NCBI GenBank assembly: GCA_965276625.1
Contig: CBDIBB010000003.1
Span: 1,270,174 to 1,334,173, forward strand
DNA length: 64,000 nt
Reading direction: 5' to 3'
From: Acidobacteriaceae bacterium
GTDB taxonomy: Bacteria > Acidobacteriota > Terriglobia > Terriglobales > Acidobacteriaceae
This document shows positions 18,457 through 32,274 of this stretch, in pieces. The notes under the pieces were generated by a model. The model was not told the origin of the DNA and did not search any database. It was given only the letters and a program-made list of their open reading frames with translations. Position numbers and translations under genes: made by a program. How positions within the stretch are numbered: the first letter of the stretch is position 1; every line of letters begins with the position of its first letter.

Positions 18457-19499
18457 AGCAGTCCCTCCGCTTCATCCCATCCGCACATCAGGTTCCAGTT
18501 CTGCACCGCCTGGCTCGCCGCACCTTTCAGCAAATTATCCAGGCACGCCACCAAAATCCCGCGCCGACCGTCTCTTCCTACAGATGCGCCGATGTCGCAG
18601 AAGTTCGTCCGCTCCACGAAGTTGATCTGCGGCAGCTCCCCCGCGGCAAACAGCCGCACCATCCGCCGCCCCGCGTAAAACTCCCCGTAACACGCCTCGA
18701 CCGCCGCCGCCGTCGTCTCCTCGCGAAACCGCACGTACATCGTCGACAAAATCCCCCGTGGAATCGGCAGCAAATGCGGCGTAAACACAATCTGCTCCTC
18801 CGTCATGCCCAGCTGCTCGTGCAACTCGCCCGTGTGCCGGTGTTTCCACAGTCCGTATGCCGAAAGATTGTTCGCCGCATACATAAAATGCGTCGTCGCC
18901 GTCGCCTCGCGCCCCGCACCCGACACCCCCGACTTCGCATCGCAGACAACCCCGTGCTCCAGGTCCAAAAGCCCCGCCGCCACCAGCGGCTTCAATGCCA
19001 GAATCACCGACGTCGCATAGCACCCCGGATTCGCCACCAGCCGCGCCTTTGCAATCTCCTCGCGGTGCAGCTCCGGCATCCCGTACACCGCCCGCGCCTG
19101 CACCTTCGCGGCCTCGGCAGATTCGTTGTCCGCAAAGCCGTACACCGCCCGCTCGCTGTTGCTCGTCAGCCGCCACGCGCCGCTCAGGTCCACCACCCGC
19201 AGCCCGCGCTCCAGCGCCTCCGGCGCCCACGCGCGCGACTGCGCATGCGGCGTCGCGAGAAACACCGTGTCCACCCCGCGCTCCTCCAGCAGCTCCCACG
19301 TCAACGCATGCACTTGCAGCACATCCGCGCTCGCCAGCCCGCGCAGCGCCGGGTGCACTGTCGCTAGCGAATCGCGCTCGCGCCCGCAGAAAAGCGGTGA
19401 CACCGAGGCAAGCCGCGGGTGCGCCAGCAGCAGCCGCGTCAGCTCCTGCCCCGCATACCCCCGTGCTCCAATCACCGCTGTCTGTAACCCGTTCCGCAT
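18453..19499 (-). CDS. argC: N-acetyl-gamma-glutamyl-phosphate reductase
   Basis: AVIGARGYAGQELTRLL (NAD-binding region) and the active-site Cys in NPGCYATS. The start is set at ATG 19499 (MRNGLQTAV). Confidence 0.92.
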   Translation of the reverse strand: MRNGLQTAVIGARGYAGQELTRLLLAHPRLASVSPLFCGRERDSLATVHPALRGLASADVLQVHALTWELLEERGVDTVFLATPHAQSRAWAPEALERGLRVVDLSGAWRLTSNSERAVYGFADNESAEAAKVQARAVYGMPELHREEIAKARLVANPGCYATSVILALKPLVAAGLLDLEHGVVCDAKSGVSGAGREATATTHFMYAANNLSAYGLWKHRHTGELHEQLGMTEEQIVFTPHLLPIPRGILSTMYVRFREETTAAAVEACYGEFYAGRRMVRLFAAGELPQINFVERTNFCDIGASVGRDGRRGILVACLDNLLKGAASQAVQNWNLMCGWDEAEGLL

Positions 19500-19510
19500 C
19501 GTCAACTCCG

Positions 19511-19978
19511 CTAGCCGATCAGCGCGCGCAGGCGCCTGCACAGCGCACCGGCGCGCCGGCTGTTCGCGCAGATAATCAGCACCGTATTGTCCCCAGCCAC
19601 CGTGCCGACAATCTCCGGCGGCGCCGCCTGGTCCAGCGCCGCCGCCACCGGCTGCGCGCTGCCCATCACCGTGATCAGCACCAGCAGGTTCTCCGCCTGT
19701 GTCACCCGCAGCCCAAAGCTCGTCAGCAGCTCGCCCAGCGCCGGCAGCTCCTCGTCTTCGTCGCCGGCGTCCGCCCTGCCCGTACCCGGCAGCGCATACC
19801 CCTCCGGACCCTTGGACAGCTGCAGCTCGCGAATGTCACGCGACAGCGTCGCCTGCGTCACCCTGTGGCCTTTCCGCGCCAGCTTGCGCCGCAGCTCGTC
19901 CTGGCTCGCGACCACCGTCGCGCCCAGCAGCTCGCGAATCGCGGAGTGACGCCCCGTCTTATTCTCTGAAGCAGTCAC
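19511..19978 (-). CDS. argR: Arginine repressor
   Basis: Winged-helix region SQDELRRKLARKGHRVTQATLSRDIRELQL and C-terminal oligomerisation region GTVAGDNTVLII. The start is trimmed to GTG 19978, giving 155 aa. Confidence 0.88.
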   Translation of the reverse strand: MTASENKTGRHSAIRELLGATVVASQDELRRKLARKGHRVTQATLSRDIRELQLSKGPEGYALPGTGRADAGDEDEELPALGELLTSFGLRVTQAENLLVLITVMGSAQPVAAALDQAAPPEIVGTVAGDNTVLIICANSRRAGALCRRLRALIG

Positions 19979-20053
19979 CGTCTGGACGGTCCCTTTCAAA
20001 GCAGTTGTGGAAAAAAGCGCCGCGCAAAAAGTAAGCAGGGAAGCGCGGGCAAC

Positions 20054-20087
20054 CTGTATATAAATACGCCTGGCTGTATAACTATGC
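20054..20087. promoter_or_regulatory. Two ARG-box-like 14-bp palindromes, 20 bp centre to centre
   Basis: TGTATataaATACG (20054-20067) and TGTATaactATGCA (20074-20087) in the argR/gltB divergent spacer. Both fit TG(T/C)AT-N4-AT(A/G)C(A/G). Confidence 0.4.
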
Positions 20088-20236
20088 AAGTAGCTGCCAG
20101 GCGAAAATCCCACAGCTAACCCGGCGCCGGCGCCCGGTACCGCAGCGTCCCCTCCCGGCGCCACTGCAACCCTCGCGCGCCATCAAAAACCGCGGTTAAA
20201 AGAAGTCATACGCAGCCCCGAAAGAAGGACGTATAG

Positions 20237-24838
<4,602 letters not shown>

Positions 24839-24880
24839 GTTATCCGACTTACTAACATCACCGGCACAAATCCGGGTGCC

Positions 24881-24906
24881 CCAGGTCTCGCTCCTGAGAC
24901 CTGGGA
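24881..24906 (+). repeat. Perfect 10-bp-stem hairpin (family A, copy 2)
   Basis: CCCAGGTCTC gctcct GAGACCTGGG, 43 nt after the gltB stop. It has the same gggtgc 5' flank and a 3' flank as copy 1. Confidence 0.85.
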
Positions 24907-25071
24907 CGGGAAAATCCCGGACGCCCCAAAGTGACCCTGATTCGATTCGCCCGTTTCTATCGTGTCACGACATAAAAACGAGTCAAAACAACGCATTTTG
25001 TGTCTCGAATCGGCGCTCCGAAACACCCCCGACTGGCCCTCTCAAACACCCTTCCGGTACAGTGTCTGGGT

Positions 25072-26856
25072 ATGCCACCGCCGAACGCGCCCGTCTACCG
25101 GACAGTCAACGACATCTTTTTCAAAGTAGTGGATTCCGCCTCCCCGGACGTCATCCGCGCCCAGTTAAAGGACGGAAGCTGGCAGATTCTCTCAAGCGAA
25201 GAGCTCTACGCCCGCGTCCATGCCCTCGCCGACGCCCTCACGCGCCTCGGCCTCCGCAAGGGCGACCGAGTCGGCCTCATCAGCGAAAACCGCTGGGAAT
25301 GGGCCGTTTCCGACTACGCAACCCTCGCCGCCGGCCTCGTCAACGTGCCCCTTTTTCCCACCCTCCAGGCCCCGCAGATCGGCGCCTCACTCCAGCACTC
25401 CGGGGCCCGCGCCGTCATCGTCTCCACCCGCGCCCAGCTCAAAAAAATCGCGGAAATCCACGCCCAAACACCCATCGAACACGTCGTCGTGATGGACGAG
25501 GACGCGCTCGAATCTTTTCCCTCGGCCCTCTCGTTTTCCTCGCTTCTGGCCGCGAAACAGCAGGGAAGAGACGCCGCTTTCGACGCCCAGGCCCACTCTG
25601 TCACCCCCTCTGACCTGGCCTCCATCATCTACACCTCGGGCACCACGGGCGAGCCCAAAGGCGTCATGCTCACCCACGGCAACCTGGCCAGCAACGTCAG
25701 CTACTCCCTCCGCGAGTTCGCCTTTTCAGGTCCGCAGCGCACCGTCTCCTTCCTCCCGCTCTCGCACGTCACCGCCCGCCACGCCGACTACGCGCTCTAC
25801 TCGCTCGGCTTCTCGATCGCCTACTGCCCAGCCTTGGAAAAGCTGATGGGCGCGCTCAAAACCGTCAAGCCCACGCTGATCGTGTCGGTGCCGCGCGTGT
25901 TTGAGAAGGTGCGTCAGGAGGTCGAGCGGCGCTCCCGCGCCTCGAAAATCAAGAGCCGCATCGTCCAGTGGGCGCTCCGCGTCGGCAAGCAAAACGAGGC
26001 AGCGATCTTCGCCGGCCGTACCCCGAAATCCCTCGCCTGGAAGCTCGCTGACCGGCTTTTCTACTCCAAGGTGCGCGAGGTTTTCGGCGGCGAGATCACG
26101 TACTACATCGCGGGCGGCGCGCCGCTCGGCGCCGACACCGCGAACTGGTTTGCACACGCCGGCATTCGCATTCTTGAAGGCTACGGCCTCACCGAAACCT
26201 CGCCCGTCATCGGCGTCAACACACCGGTGGCCGCCCGCATGGGCACCATCGGCAAGCCGCTGCCGAACATTCAGGTGCGGGTCGCCGCCGACGGCGAGCT
26301 GCTGGTCAAGGGGCCAAGCGTCTTCTCCGGCTACTGGGACAGCCCGGCGCTGTCTGAGCAGGCTTTCGATGCGGAAGGCTGGTTCCAGACCGGCGATATC
26401 GCAAGCATCGATGCGGACAACTTCATCACCATCACCGACCGTAAAAGGGAGCTCATCAAGACCTCCGCCGGCAAGTTCGTGGCCCCCCAGCCGATCGAAG
26501 GCCATCTCAAGGCCGATTACCTCGTCGCCCACGCCGCGCTCGTCGGTGACCGGGAAAAGTACGTCGCTGCCCTCATTTCCCCCAATTTTGAAGCCCTCGA
26601 GCACTGGGCCCGCGAGCAGAACATCCCCAAAACCACCCGCCGCGAACTCATTGAACACCCCCTCGTGCTCGCGCGCTACAAGGAGACGATCAAGCAGGTC
26701 AACAAATCGCTTGCCGATTTCGAGCTTCTGAAGCGGTTTGCACTGGTCCCGGACGACTGGACCATCGAGACCGGCGAGCTCACACCCTCCATGAAGCTGA
26801 AGCGCCGGGTGCTGCTGGAGCAATACCGCGACGAAATTGCGTCCCTGTTCCGCTGA
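25072..26856 (+). CDS. Long-chain acyl-CoA synthetase (AMP-forming)
   Basis: AMP-binding signature IIYTSGTTGEPKGVMLTHGN, then YGLTETSP and TGDIASIDADNFITITDRKRELIKTSAGKFV. The start is trimmed to ATG 25072. Confidence 0.9.
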   Translation: MPPPNAPVYRTVNDIFFKVVDSASPDVIRAQLKDGSWQILSSEELYARVHALADALTRLGLRKGDRVGLISENRWEWAVSDYATLAAGLVNVPLFPTLQAPQIGASLQHSGARAVIVSTRAQLKKIAEIHAQTPIEHVVVMDEDALESFPSALSFSSLLAAKQQGRDAAFDAQAHSVTPSDLASIIYTSGTTGEPKGVMLTHGNLASNVSYSLREFAFSGPQRTVSFLPLSHVTARHADYALYSLGFSIAYCPALEKLMGALKTVKPTLIVSVPRVFEKVRQEVERRSRASKIKSRIVQWALRVGKQNEAAIFAGRTPKSLAWKLADRLFYSKVREVFGGEITYYIAGGAPLGADTANWFAHAGIRILEGYGLTETSPVIGVNTPVAARMGTIGKPLPNIQVRVAADGELLVKGPSVFSGYWDSPALSEQAFDAEGWFQTGDIASIDADNFITITDRKRELIKTSAGKFVAPQPIEGHLKADYLVAHAALVGDREKYVAALISPNFEALEHWAREQNIPKTTRRELIEHPLVLARYKETIKQVNKSLADFELLKRFALVPDDWTIETGELTPSMKLKRRVLLEQYRDEIASLFR

Positions 26857-27018
26857 GCGTCTTCCCGTCTGGAAACAGAGCCAAGTCCAACGATTACCGA
26901 AGTTTACGGCAAAAGCAGGGAAGCACGGCTGAAAGACGGCGGGACCGGTCGGAAATCAGCAAGTACCCCTTGAAACCCGGTCGAAAAGCGGATATAAGCC
27001 ACTTGGAAGAGAGGCTGC

Positions 27019-27306
27019 ATGCGAGACAGCGCTGTACGCGTCGACAAGTTGATACCCGCACCCGCACCGCCCGTGCGCGAGGTCATGGACATTCGCCAGG
27101 CTGCGGAATACCTCGGGATCAGCCCGGACAGCCTCTATCGTTACGCCTCTGAAGGCACGATCCCGGCCTTCCGACTCGGCAATCGTTGGCGTTTCAAAAA
27201 GTCTCGGCTGGACAGCTGGATGGACGAGCAGAGCGGAGCCGGCGAGTCTTCGAGAACAAAACCTGCTCGGAACATGGGCAAAAAACCAGCGCGGGCAGTC
27301 CGCTAA
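27019..27306 (+). CDS. Excisionase/MerR-type helix-turn-helix DNA-binding protein
   Basis: MDIRQAAEYLGISPDSLYRYASEGTIPAFRLGNRWRFKKSRLDSWM is a typical HTH_17 pattern. GGAAGAGAGG lies upstream of ATG 27019. Confidence 0.75.
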   Translation: MRDSAVRVDKLIPAPAPPVREVMDIRQAAEYLGISPDSLYRYASEGTIPAFRLGNRWRFKKSRLDSWMDEQSGAGESSRTKPARNMGKKPARAVR

Positions 27307-27347
27307 AACCTGAGCAGGAGAGACATGCTCTCAAACTGAGACTGAGA

Positions 27348-27391
27348 ACAGAAGCGTCCCGCCGAGTTTCGACGGGACCCCTTCTGTTTCT
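27348..27391. terminator. Stem-loop between convergent genes
   Basis: The arms are acagaag-c-gtcccg ... cgggac-cc-cttctgt, giving 13 paired positions. A T-rich cttctgtttct follows. Confidence 0.5.
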
Positions 27392-27410
27392 GCCGCATGG
27401 TGTCGAACGG

Positions 27411-28787
27411 TCAGCGAACGCGGCCATTGTGTTTGTCGCGGTTGATCGCATGCGAGACATGGTTTTGTCGCTGGTTGATGTCGCGACGGTCTTGCCGGGT
27501 GAGGCGGCCGCCATCGGTGGCGCGCATGTTGCTTTTTTCGTTGTGGATGCTCGATTCGCGCTGTTCCAGGTTCCCGGATTCCCGCGAGGTCAGACTGCCG
27601 CTGTTGACTCCCTGGCCGATACGCTGCTGCTGGTTGCCGTTGCGGAAGGCCGAGGTGCCCGGGCGCGGAGCCGTTGCCTGCGCCCTGCTGTTGAATACCC
27701 TGGCGCTCGGACTGCGATCAAAGCGGCCGTAATATCCATGGTTGATCACGGTCGTGCTGTGTGAGATGAACGTCGTGTGATTGAACACGACCGTCCGTGA
27801 ACCCCAGTTCGGCGCCCAGCTGTGGAAGCCCCAGCCGAAGTGCGTGAACGCACCGATGGCAAAGCCCGCTCCGAAGCCGATCGCCAGGCCCGCGCCGAAG
27901 GAAATGCCGCGCGGCGGCCCCCAGTAGTAGCCCCGGTAGGCCGGCAGAGGCGCGCCGTAGACCGCCCACGGATTGTAGTAAGGCACGTAAACGACCGCCG
28001 GGCTGACGGGAGCGATCACGATGTCGCCCGGGTTATAGGCGACGGAAAGCTGTGGGGTAGAGCGCAGGTTGCCAGCTGAGTAGGCGCGCTGCCGCATCGT
28101 CTGCACCGCGCCGAGGACGTCCTGCGGCTGGTTGTAGTAGGCGTTGCCGAGCTGGGTAGTCCAGTTCATGTTCCGGTTCAGGTCGTTCACCACCTGCGGA
28201 AACGCGACCAGTGCCTTCACGCTCGGGTCCCAGGGCTGCCCATTCGCCATCTGCGCCAGCTGCTCCGGCGCGGCATTGCCGTTCTGGTTAAGGAATTGCT
28301 GCGCGCTCGCGACCTGCGCCGGGTAGGTAGCCGCGGCGAGTACCTGCGCGACCAGCGAGTCAGGGTAGAGCGCGATCGGCGCTACGAGCTGGTTGATCTG
28401 CTCCGGCGACAATGCCTGGTAGTCGCTCGGCGGCGGCCCCTGCGGCCCACCTTCGTCCGCTGGCGGGGGCGCGCCCTGCTGGTTGCCATAGCCCTGCTGC
28501 TGGCCGTAGCCCTGCTGTGATCCTGAATCCGGCGGCGGCGGCGGGGGCGCCTGCTGCTGGCCGTAGCCCTGCTGGTTGCCGTAACCCTGCTGCTGGCCAT
28601 TGTCCTGTCCCCAGGCAGCGCCGGCGCTTAGGGGCAGCATGCCAAGTGCCAGCAGGCCCGCAATGGCCTGCTGACCCCTGCGTGGCCAGATCGATCCATG
28701 TACTGCCTTGAACCGGGGCGTGAACCTGGGGATGGAGATGCTTCGGTCTTCCTGAACTACCTTCATCGGCGTGATCTTGTTTTGCAT
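27411..28787 (-). CDS. DUF3300-domain secreted protein with a Gln/Gly/Tyr-rich repeat region
   Basis: Signal-like N-terminus, then (QQGYG)-type repeats. The DUF3300 core is LSPEQINQLVAPIALYPDSLVAQVLAAATYPAQV. Confidence 0.8.
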   Translation of the reverse strand: MQNKITPMKVVQEDRSISIPRFTPRFKAVHGSIWPRRGQQAIAGLLALGMLPLSAGAAWGQDNGQQQGYGNQQGYGQQQAPPPPPPDSGSQQGYGQQQGYGNQQGAPPPADEGGPQGPPPSDYQALSPEQINQLVAPIALYPDSLVAQVLAAATYPAQVASAQQFLNQNGNAAPEQLAQMANGQPWDPSVKALVAFPQVVNDLNRNMNWTTQLGNAYYNQPQDVLGAVQTMRQRAYSAGNLRSTPQLSVAYNPGDIVIAPVSPAVVYVPYYNPWAVYGAPLPAYRGYYWGPPRGISFGAGLAIGFGAGFAIGAFTHFGWGFHSWAPNWGSRTVVFNHTTFISHSTTVINHGYYGRFDRSPSARVFNSRAQATAPRPGTSAFRNGNQQQRIGQGVNSGSLTSRESGNLEQRESSIHNEKSNMRATDGGRLTRQDRRDINQRQNHVSHAINRDKHNGRVR

Positions 28788-28964
28788 TCGCTGTCCCTCG
28801 TTTTCGCCGCATCCTGCCTGCGGCCTCTCTGTGGCGTGGGATGACGGTTCTAGCAGACCCGTCGATCTCCGCTTCGGCTATAGAGACCCGAGCCGCTGCG
28901 GATAGTTCCGCGGGCAGCCCTCTTCCGGGGCTGGAGTCACCGCCCCTGCTCTTGCTATATCGTC

Positions 28965-30077
28965 ATGAGAACGATGGACCATCAGTCAAGATTGCGACGG
29001 CTCCGTACACAGATGGCGGAGAACAAACAAAAGGCGCTCCTGCTGACCCATGGGCCGGACGTGCGCTATCTTTGCGGGTTTACCGGCTCAAACGCGCTGC
29101 TGCTGGTGCTTCCGCGCTCGACGCTGCTGCTGACCGACGGGCGGTACACAACACAGGCGGCTGAGGAGACGGCAGGTTCCGGTGTGCGCGTTATCGTCGG
29201 CAAAAAACTGCTGTCGAAAGCAGGGGCCTTGCTGGCGCGCTCCGGTGTGCCGCGAGTGGGATTTGACAGTGAGCAGACACACGTAGCGACCCTGGCGCGA
29301 CTGGAAGCGAGCCTGCCCGGAGATCTGACCGCTTCTGCCAGACGGCGCTTCTTTGAGCCCCTGCCGGCATCCCCGGTCGCTGCGCTGCGGGCCGTCAAGG
29401 ATGCCGACGAACTTGCCTGCCTGGAAGCTGCCGCGTTACTCGGCTGCCGGGTCTTCGAAGCGGCGCTGCCGCACCTGGCGGCCGGCATCCCTGAGCGCGA
29501 GATCGCGGCGGAGCTGGAGTACGCGGCCCGCAGGCTCGGCGCGAGCGGCATGTCGTTTGAAACCATCGTGGCCTCGGGCAGCCGGTCGGCCCTGCCGCAC
29601 GGGCATGCCGGCGACCAGCCGCTGCCCCGCCGCGGGTTCGTGACCATGGATTTCGGTGTTATGCTCAGGGGTTACTGCTCAGACATGACACGTACGGTGT
29701 ACCTTGGCAAGCCAACCCGGGAAGAGAAAACAGCCTATGCCTCGGTACTTGAGGCCGAGCAGGCCGGGGTGCGGGCGGTTCGCGCCGGGGCGACGGCTGC
29801 ATCTATCGATGACGCTGCGCGGGGAGTGCTGAAGCGGGCAGGCCTGGGCAGGTGGTTTTCGCATTCGACCGGGCACGGCGTCGGGCTCGAGATCCATGAG
29901 GGGCCTCGGCTGGGCGCCGGGGTTCAGGAAATTCTGGACGAAGGTATGGTCGTAACGGTGGAACCCGGTGTGTACCTGCCCGGCAGGTTTGGGATTCGCA
30001 TAGAGGATATGGTGGTGGTCGAACAAAACGGCGCGCGTGTGCTGACGCCTACACCCAGGGACCTGCTTACGCTGTAG
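28965..30077 (+). CDS. pepP: Xaa-Pro aminopeptidase (M24B family)
   Basis: Metal-ligand blocks in FVTMDFGVMLRGYCSDMTRT, HSTGHGVGLEIHE and VVTVEPGVY. Confidence 0.88.
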   Translation: MRTMDHQSRLRRLRTQMAENKQKALLLTHGPDVRYLCGFTGSNALLLVLPRSTLLLTDGRYTTQAAEETAGSGVRVIVGKKLLSKAGALLARSGVPRVGFDSEQTHVATLARLEASLPGDLTASARRRFFEPLPASPVAALRAVKDADELACLEAAALLGCRVFEAALPHLAAGIPEREIAAELEYAARRLGASGMSFETIVASGSRSALPHGHAGDQPLPRRGFVTMDFGVMLRGYCSDMTRTVYLGKPTREEKTAYASVLEAEQAGVRAVRAGATAASIDDAARGVLKRAGLGRWFSHSTGHGVGLEIHEGPRLGAGVQEILDEGMVVTVEPGVYLPGRFGIRIEDMVVVEQNGARVLTPTPRDLLTL

Positions 30078-30099
30078 GCGAGGAAAGAAAGCAATCGAG

Positions 30100-30618
30100 A
30101 TGAATCCGGAAGAATTAAAAGAACTGAAAGACCTGATTGAGTTTCTGCAGGAAAAGAAAATTGGCGAGTTTCGCCTGGAACGCGGCGAGCTCAAGGTCGA
30201 GCTGAAGTTCGCGGATGCGATGGCCGCCGCGGCGCAGCCCACTCCGCAGTTTGACTCCATGCTGCTGGCGCGCCTCATGGGCGCCGCGGGCCAAACGTCG
30301 ACGCCCTCGCTCTCCGCTGCTGTTCCTGAGGCTGCAAAGCCTACGCCGGAGGAGCCGGCGGCGCCACCCGAGGAAGCTCTCCACACAGTCAAATCGCCGA
30401 TCGTCGGCACCTTCTACGAGTCGCCCTCGCCGGGTTCGGCCGCCTTCGTCAAGCCGGGCGACCAGGTAGAGACAGGGCAGCCGCTGTGCATCGTCGAAGC
30501 CATGAAGCTGATGAACGAAATCGAGTCGGACGTGGCCGGCGAAATCGTCAAGCGGCTGGTGCAAAACGGCCAGCCGGTCGAGTACGGGCAGCCGCTTTTT
30601 GCCGTTCGCCTTCGATAG
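30100..30618 (+). CDS. accB: Biotin carboxyl carrier protein of acetyl-CoA carboxylase
   Basis: Ala/Pro linker followed by the biotinyl-lysine motif CIVEAMKLMNEIE. Confidence 0.93.
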   Translation: MNPEELKELKDLIEFLQEKKIGEFRLERGELKVELKFADAMAAAAQPTPQFDSMLLARLMGAAGQTSTPSLSAAVPEAAKPTPEEPAAPPEEALHTVKSPIVGTFYESPSPGSAAFVKPGDQVETGQPLCIVEAMKLMNEIESDVAGEIVKRLVQNGQPVEYGQPLFAVRLR

Positions 30619-30629
30619 ATGTGGTAAAG

Positions 30630-30852
30630 CCGCCTGCTGGCGCGAAGCGCTAATGCGGCTTGCGGTCACTTCGTGACAGGTGGCGTAGTGATTGCAAATG
30701 ACGTATGTGACCCTCGCGATGCTCCGGATCAGCTTTTAGGAAACCTCATGCCGACCAGCGGGAGGGCCCACTCCAGCTCGCGGTGCAAACACAACGCCAC
30801 CTGTCACGAATAGCGCCACCCGTCACGAAGTGACCGCCTGCCGCGCAGGCGG
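30630..30852. mobile_element. MITE-like element (family B, copy 2) inserted between accB and accC
   Basis: The terminal inverted repeats match 28/31. The left arm is gcggcttgcggtcacttcgtgacaggtggcg (30655-30685). The reverse complement of 30814-30844 is gcggcaggcggtcacttcgtgacgggtggcg. The outer termini are ccgcctgc... / ...gcaggcgg. No ORF lies inside. Confidence 0.5.
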
Positions 30853-30888
30853 TCTTAGCCTGAAAAGTATTGAAGAGAGGCGTTTGCA

Positions 30889-32274
30889 ATGTTTTCAAAA
30901 GTTCTGATCGCGAACCGCGGTGAAATCGCTCTGCGCGTCATCTGCGCGTGCAAGGAGCTTGGCATCCGTACGGTCGCCGTGTACTCAGAGGCTGATCGCA
31001 ACTCGCTGCACGTGCGTTTCGCCGACGAGGCGATCTGCATCGGGCCGCCGCGCTCGGCGGAGAGCTACCTGCACGTGCCGGCGGTGATTGCCGCTGCCGA
31101 GATCGCGGATGTGGATGCGATTCACCCGGGGTACGGGCTGCTGAGCGAGAACGCCAACTTCGCCGAGGTGTGCCGCGAGTCGAACATCAAGTTCATCGGG
31201 CCGCCGCCCGAGGTGACCCGCATGATGGGCGAAAAGTCCATGGCGCGACAGACGATGAAGAAGGCAAAAGTCCCGATCCTGCCCGGCTCCGACGGCGTAA
31301 TCGCCGACGAGAACGAGGCGCTCGAGTGGGCGAAAACAATCGGCTACCCGGTTATCCTGAAGGCGGTTGCCGGCGGCGGCGGCCGCGGCATGCGCATTGT
31401 GCGTGCCGCCGCGGAGCTGCCCGCGCTGTACCAGGCAGCGCAGACCGAGGCCGCGAACGCGTTCGGCAACGGCGATATGTACATGGAAAAGTTCATCGAG
31501 CGGCCGCGCCATATCGAGTTCCAGGTGCTGGCGGATGAACATGGCAACGTGCTGTCGCTCGGCGAGCGGGAGTGCTCCATCCAGCGGCGCCACCAGAAGC
31601 TGATCGAGGAAGCGCCGTCCCTGCAGGTAACGCAGAAAATGCGCGAGGACATTGGCAAAACCATCCGCAAGTCGCTGGTCGATGTGGGCTACCAGAACGC
31701 CGGCACGATCGAGTTCCTGATGGATGAAGACGGCAAGCTGTACTTCATCGAGATGAACACGCGCATCCAGGTGGAACACCCGGTCACCGAGATGGTGACT
31801 GGTGTGGATTTGGTCAAGGCGCAGCTGCGGGTCGCCGCGGGCGAGAAGCTGTCGTCGATCATTCCCGACCCGGTCGTGATTCGCGGACATTCGATCGAGT
31901 GCCGCATTAACGCGGAACATCCGGAGAAGTTCACGCCTTCGGCAGGCCGGATCACAGCGTTTAACCTGCCCGGCGGCAACGGCGTACGGGTCGACACGGC
32001 GCAGTATGCGGAGGGCGTGGTGCCCCCGTACTACGACTCGCTGATCGCGAAGCTGATTGTCCATGCGAAGGATCGCCCGGAGGCCATTGCGAAGATGGAG
32101 CGGGCGCTGGAGATGTTTGTCGTGGAGGGGATCGATACGACGGTCTCCCTGCACCGCAGGATTTTTGCGGACGCGGAGTTCCGCAGGGGCGAGTTTGACA
32201 CAAAGTTCATGGAGCGCTTTTTCGAGCGCGAGAAAGAGCGCCGCGCCGAGGCGCAGCACATCGTGGCGAGCTAG
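30889..32274 (+). CDS. accC: Biotin carboxylase
   Basis: [26 protein letters not shown]-type N-terminus, ATP-grasp region [10 protein letters not shown] and C-terminal domain. 461 aa. Confidence 0.96.
   Translation: MFSKVLIANRGEIALRVICACKELGIRTVAVYSEADRNSLHVRFADEAICIGPPRSAESYLHVPAVIAAAEIADVDAIHPGYGLLSENANFAEVCRESNIKFIGPPPEVTRMMGEKSMARQTMKKAKVPILPGSDGVIADENEALEWAKTIGYPVILKAVAGGGGRGMRIVRAAAELPALYQAAQTEAANAFGNGDMYMEKFIERPRHIEFQVLADEHGNVLSLGERECSIQRRHQKLIEEAPSLQVTQKMREDIGKTIRKSLVDVGYQNAGTIEFLMDEDGKLYFIEMNTRIQVEHPVTEMVTGVDLVKAQLRVAAGEKLSSIIPDPVVIRGHSIECRINAEHPEKFTPSAGRITAFNLPGGNGVRVDTAQYAEGVVPPYYDSLIAKLIVHAKDRPEAIAKMERALEMFVVEGIDTTVSLHRRIFADAEFRRGEFDTKFMERFFEREKERRAEAQHIVAS

Noticed and set aside
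26857-27018. Possible small RNA or riboswitch in the 162-nt spacer before the HTH gene
   Set aside because: Only short imperfect complementarities were seen (ccgtct/agacgg, the gaccggtc palindrome). There is no terminator and no recognisable conserved core, so the evidence is insufficient.
27019-27306. Excisionase-type HTH as a marker of an integrated mobile element
   Set aside because: No integrase, recombinase, att-like direct repeats or phage genes lie nearby, and flanking genes are ordinary chromosomal genes. It is treated as a stand-alone DNA-binding protein.
32271-32274. Convergent accC and lysR stop codons overlapping in a CTAG palindrome with no terminator between them
   Set aside because: This is real in the sequence but probably just compact gene packing. 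Nothing further can be inferred without transcript data.
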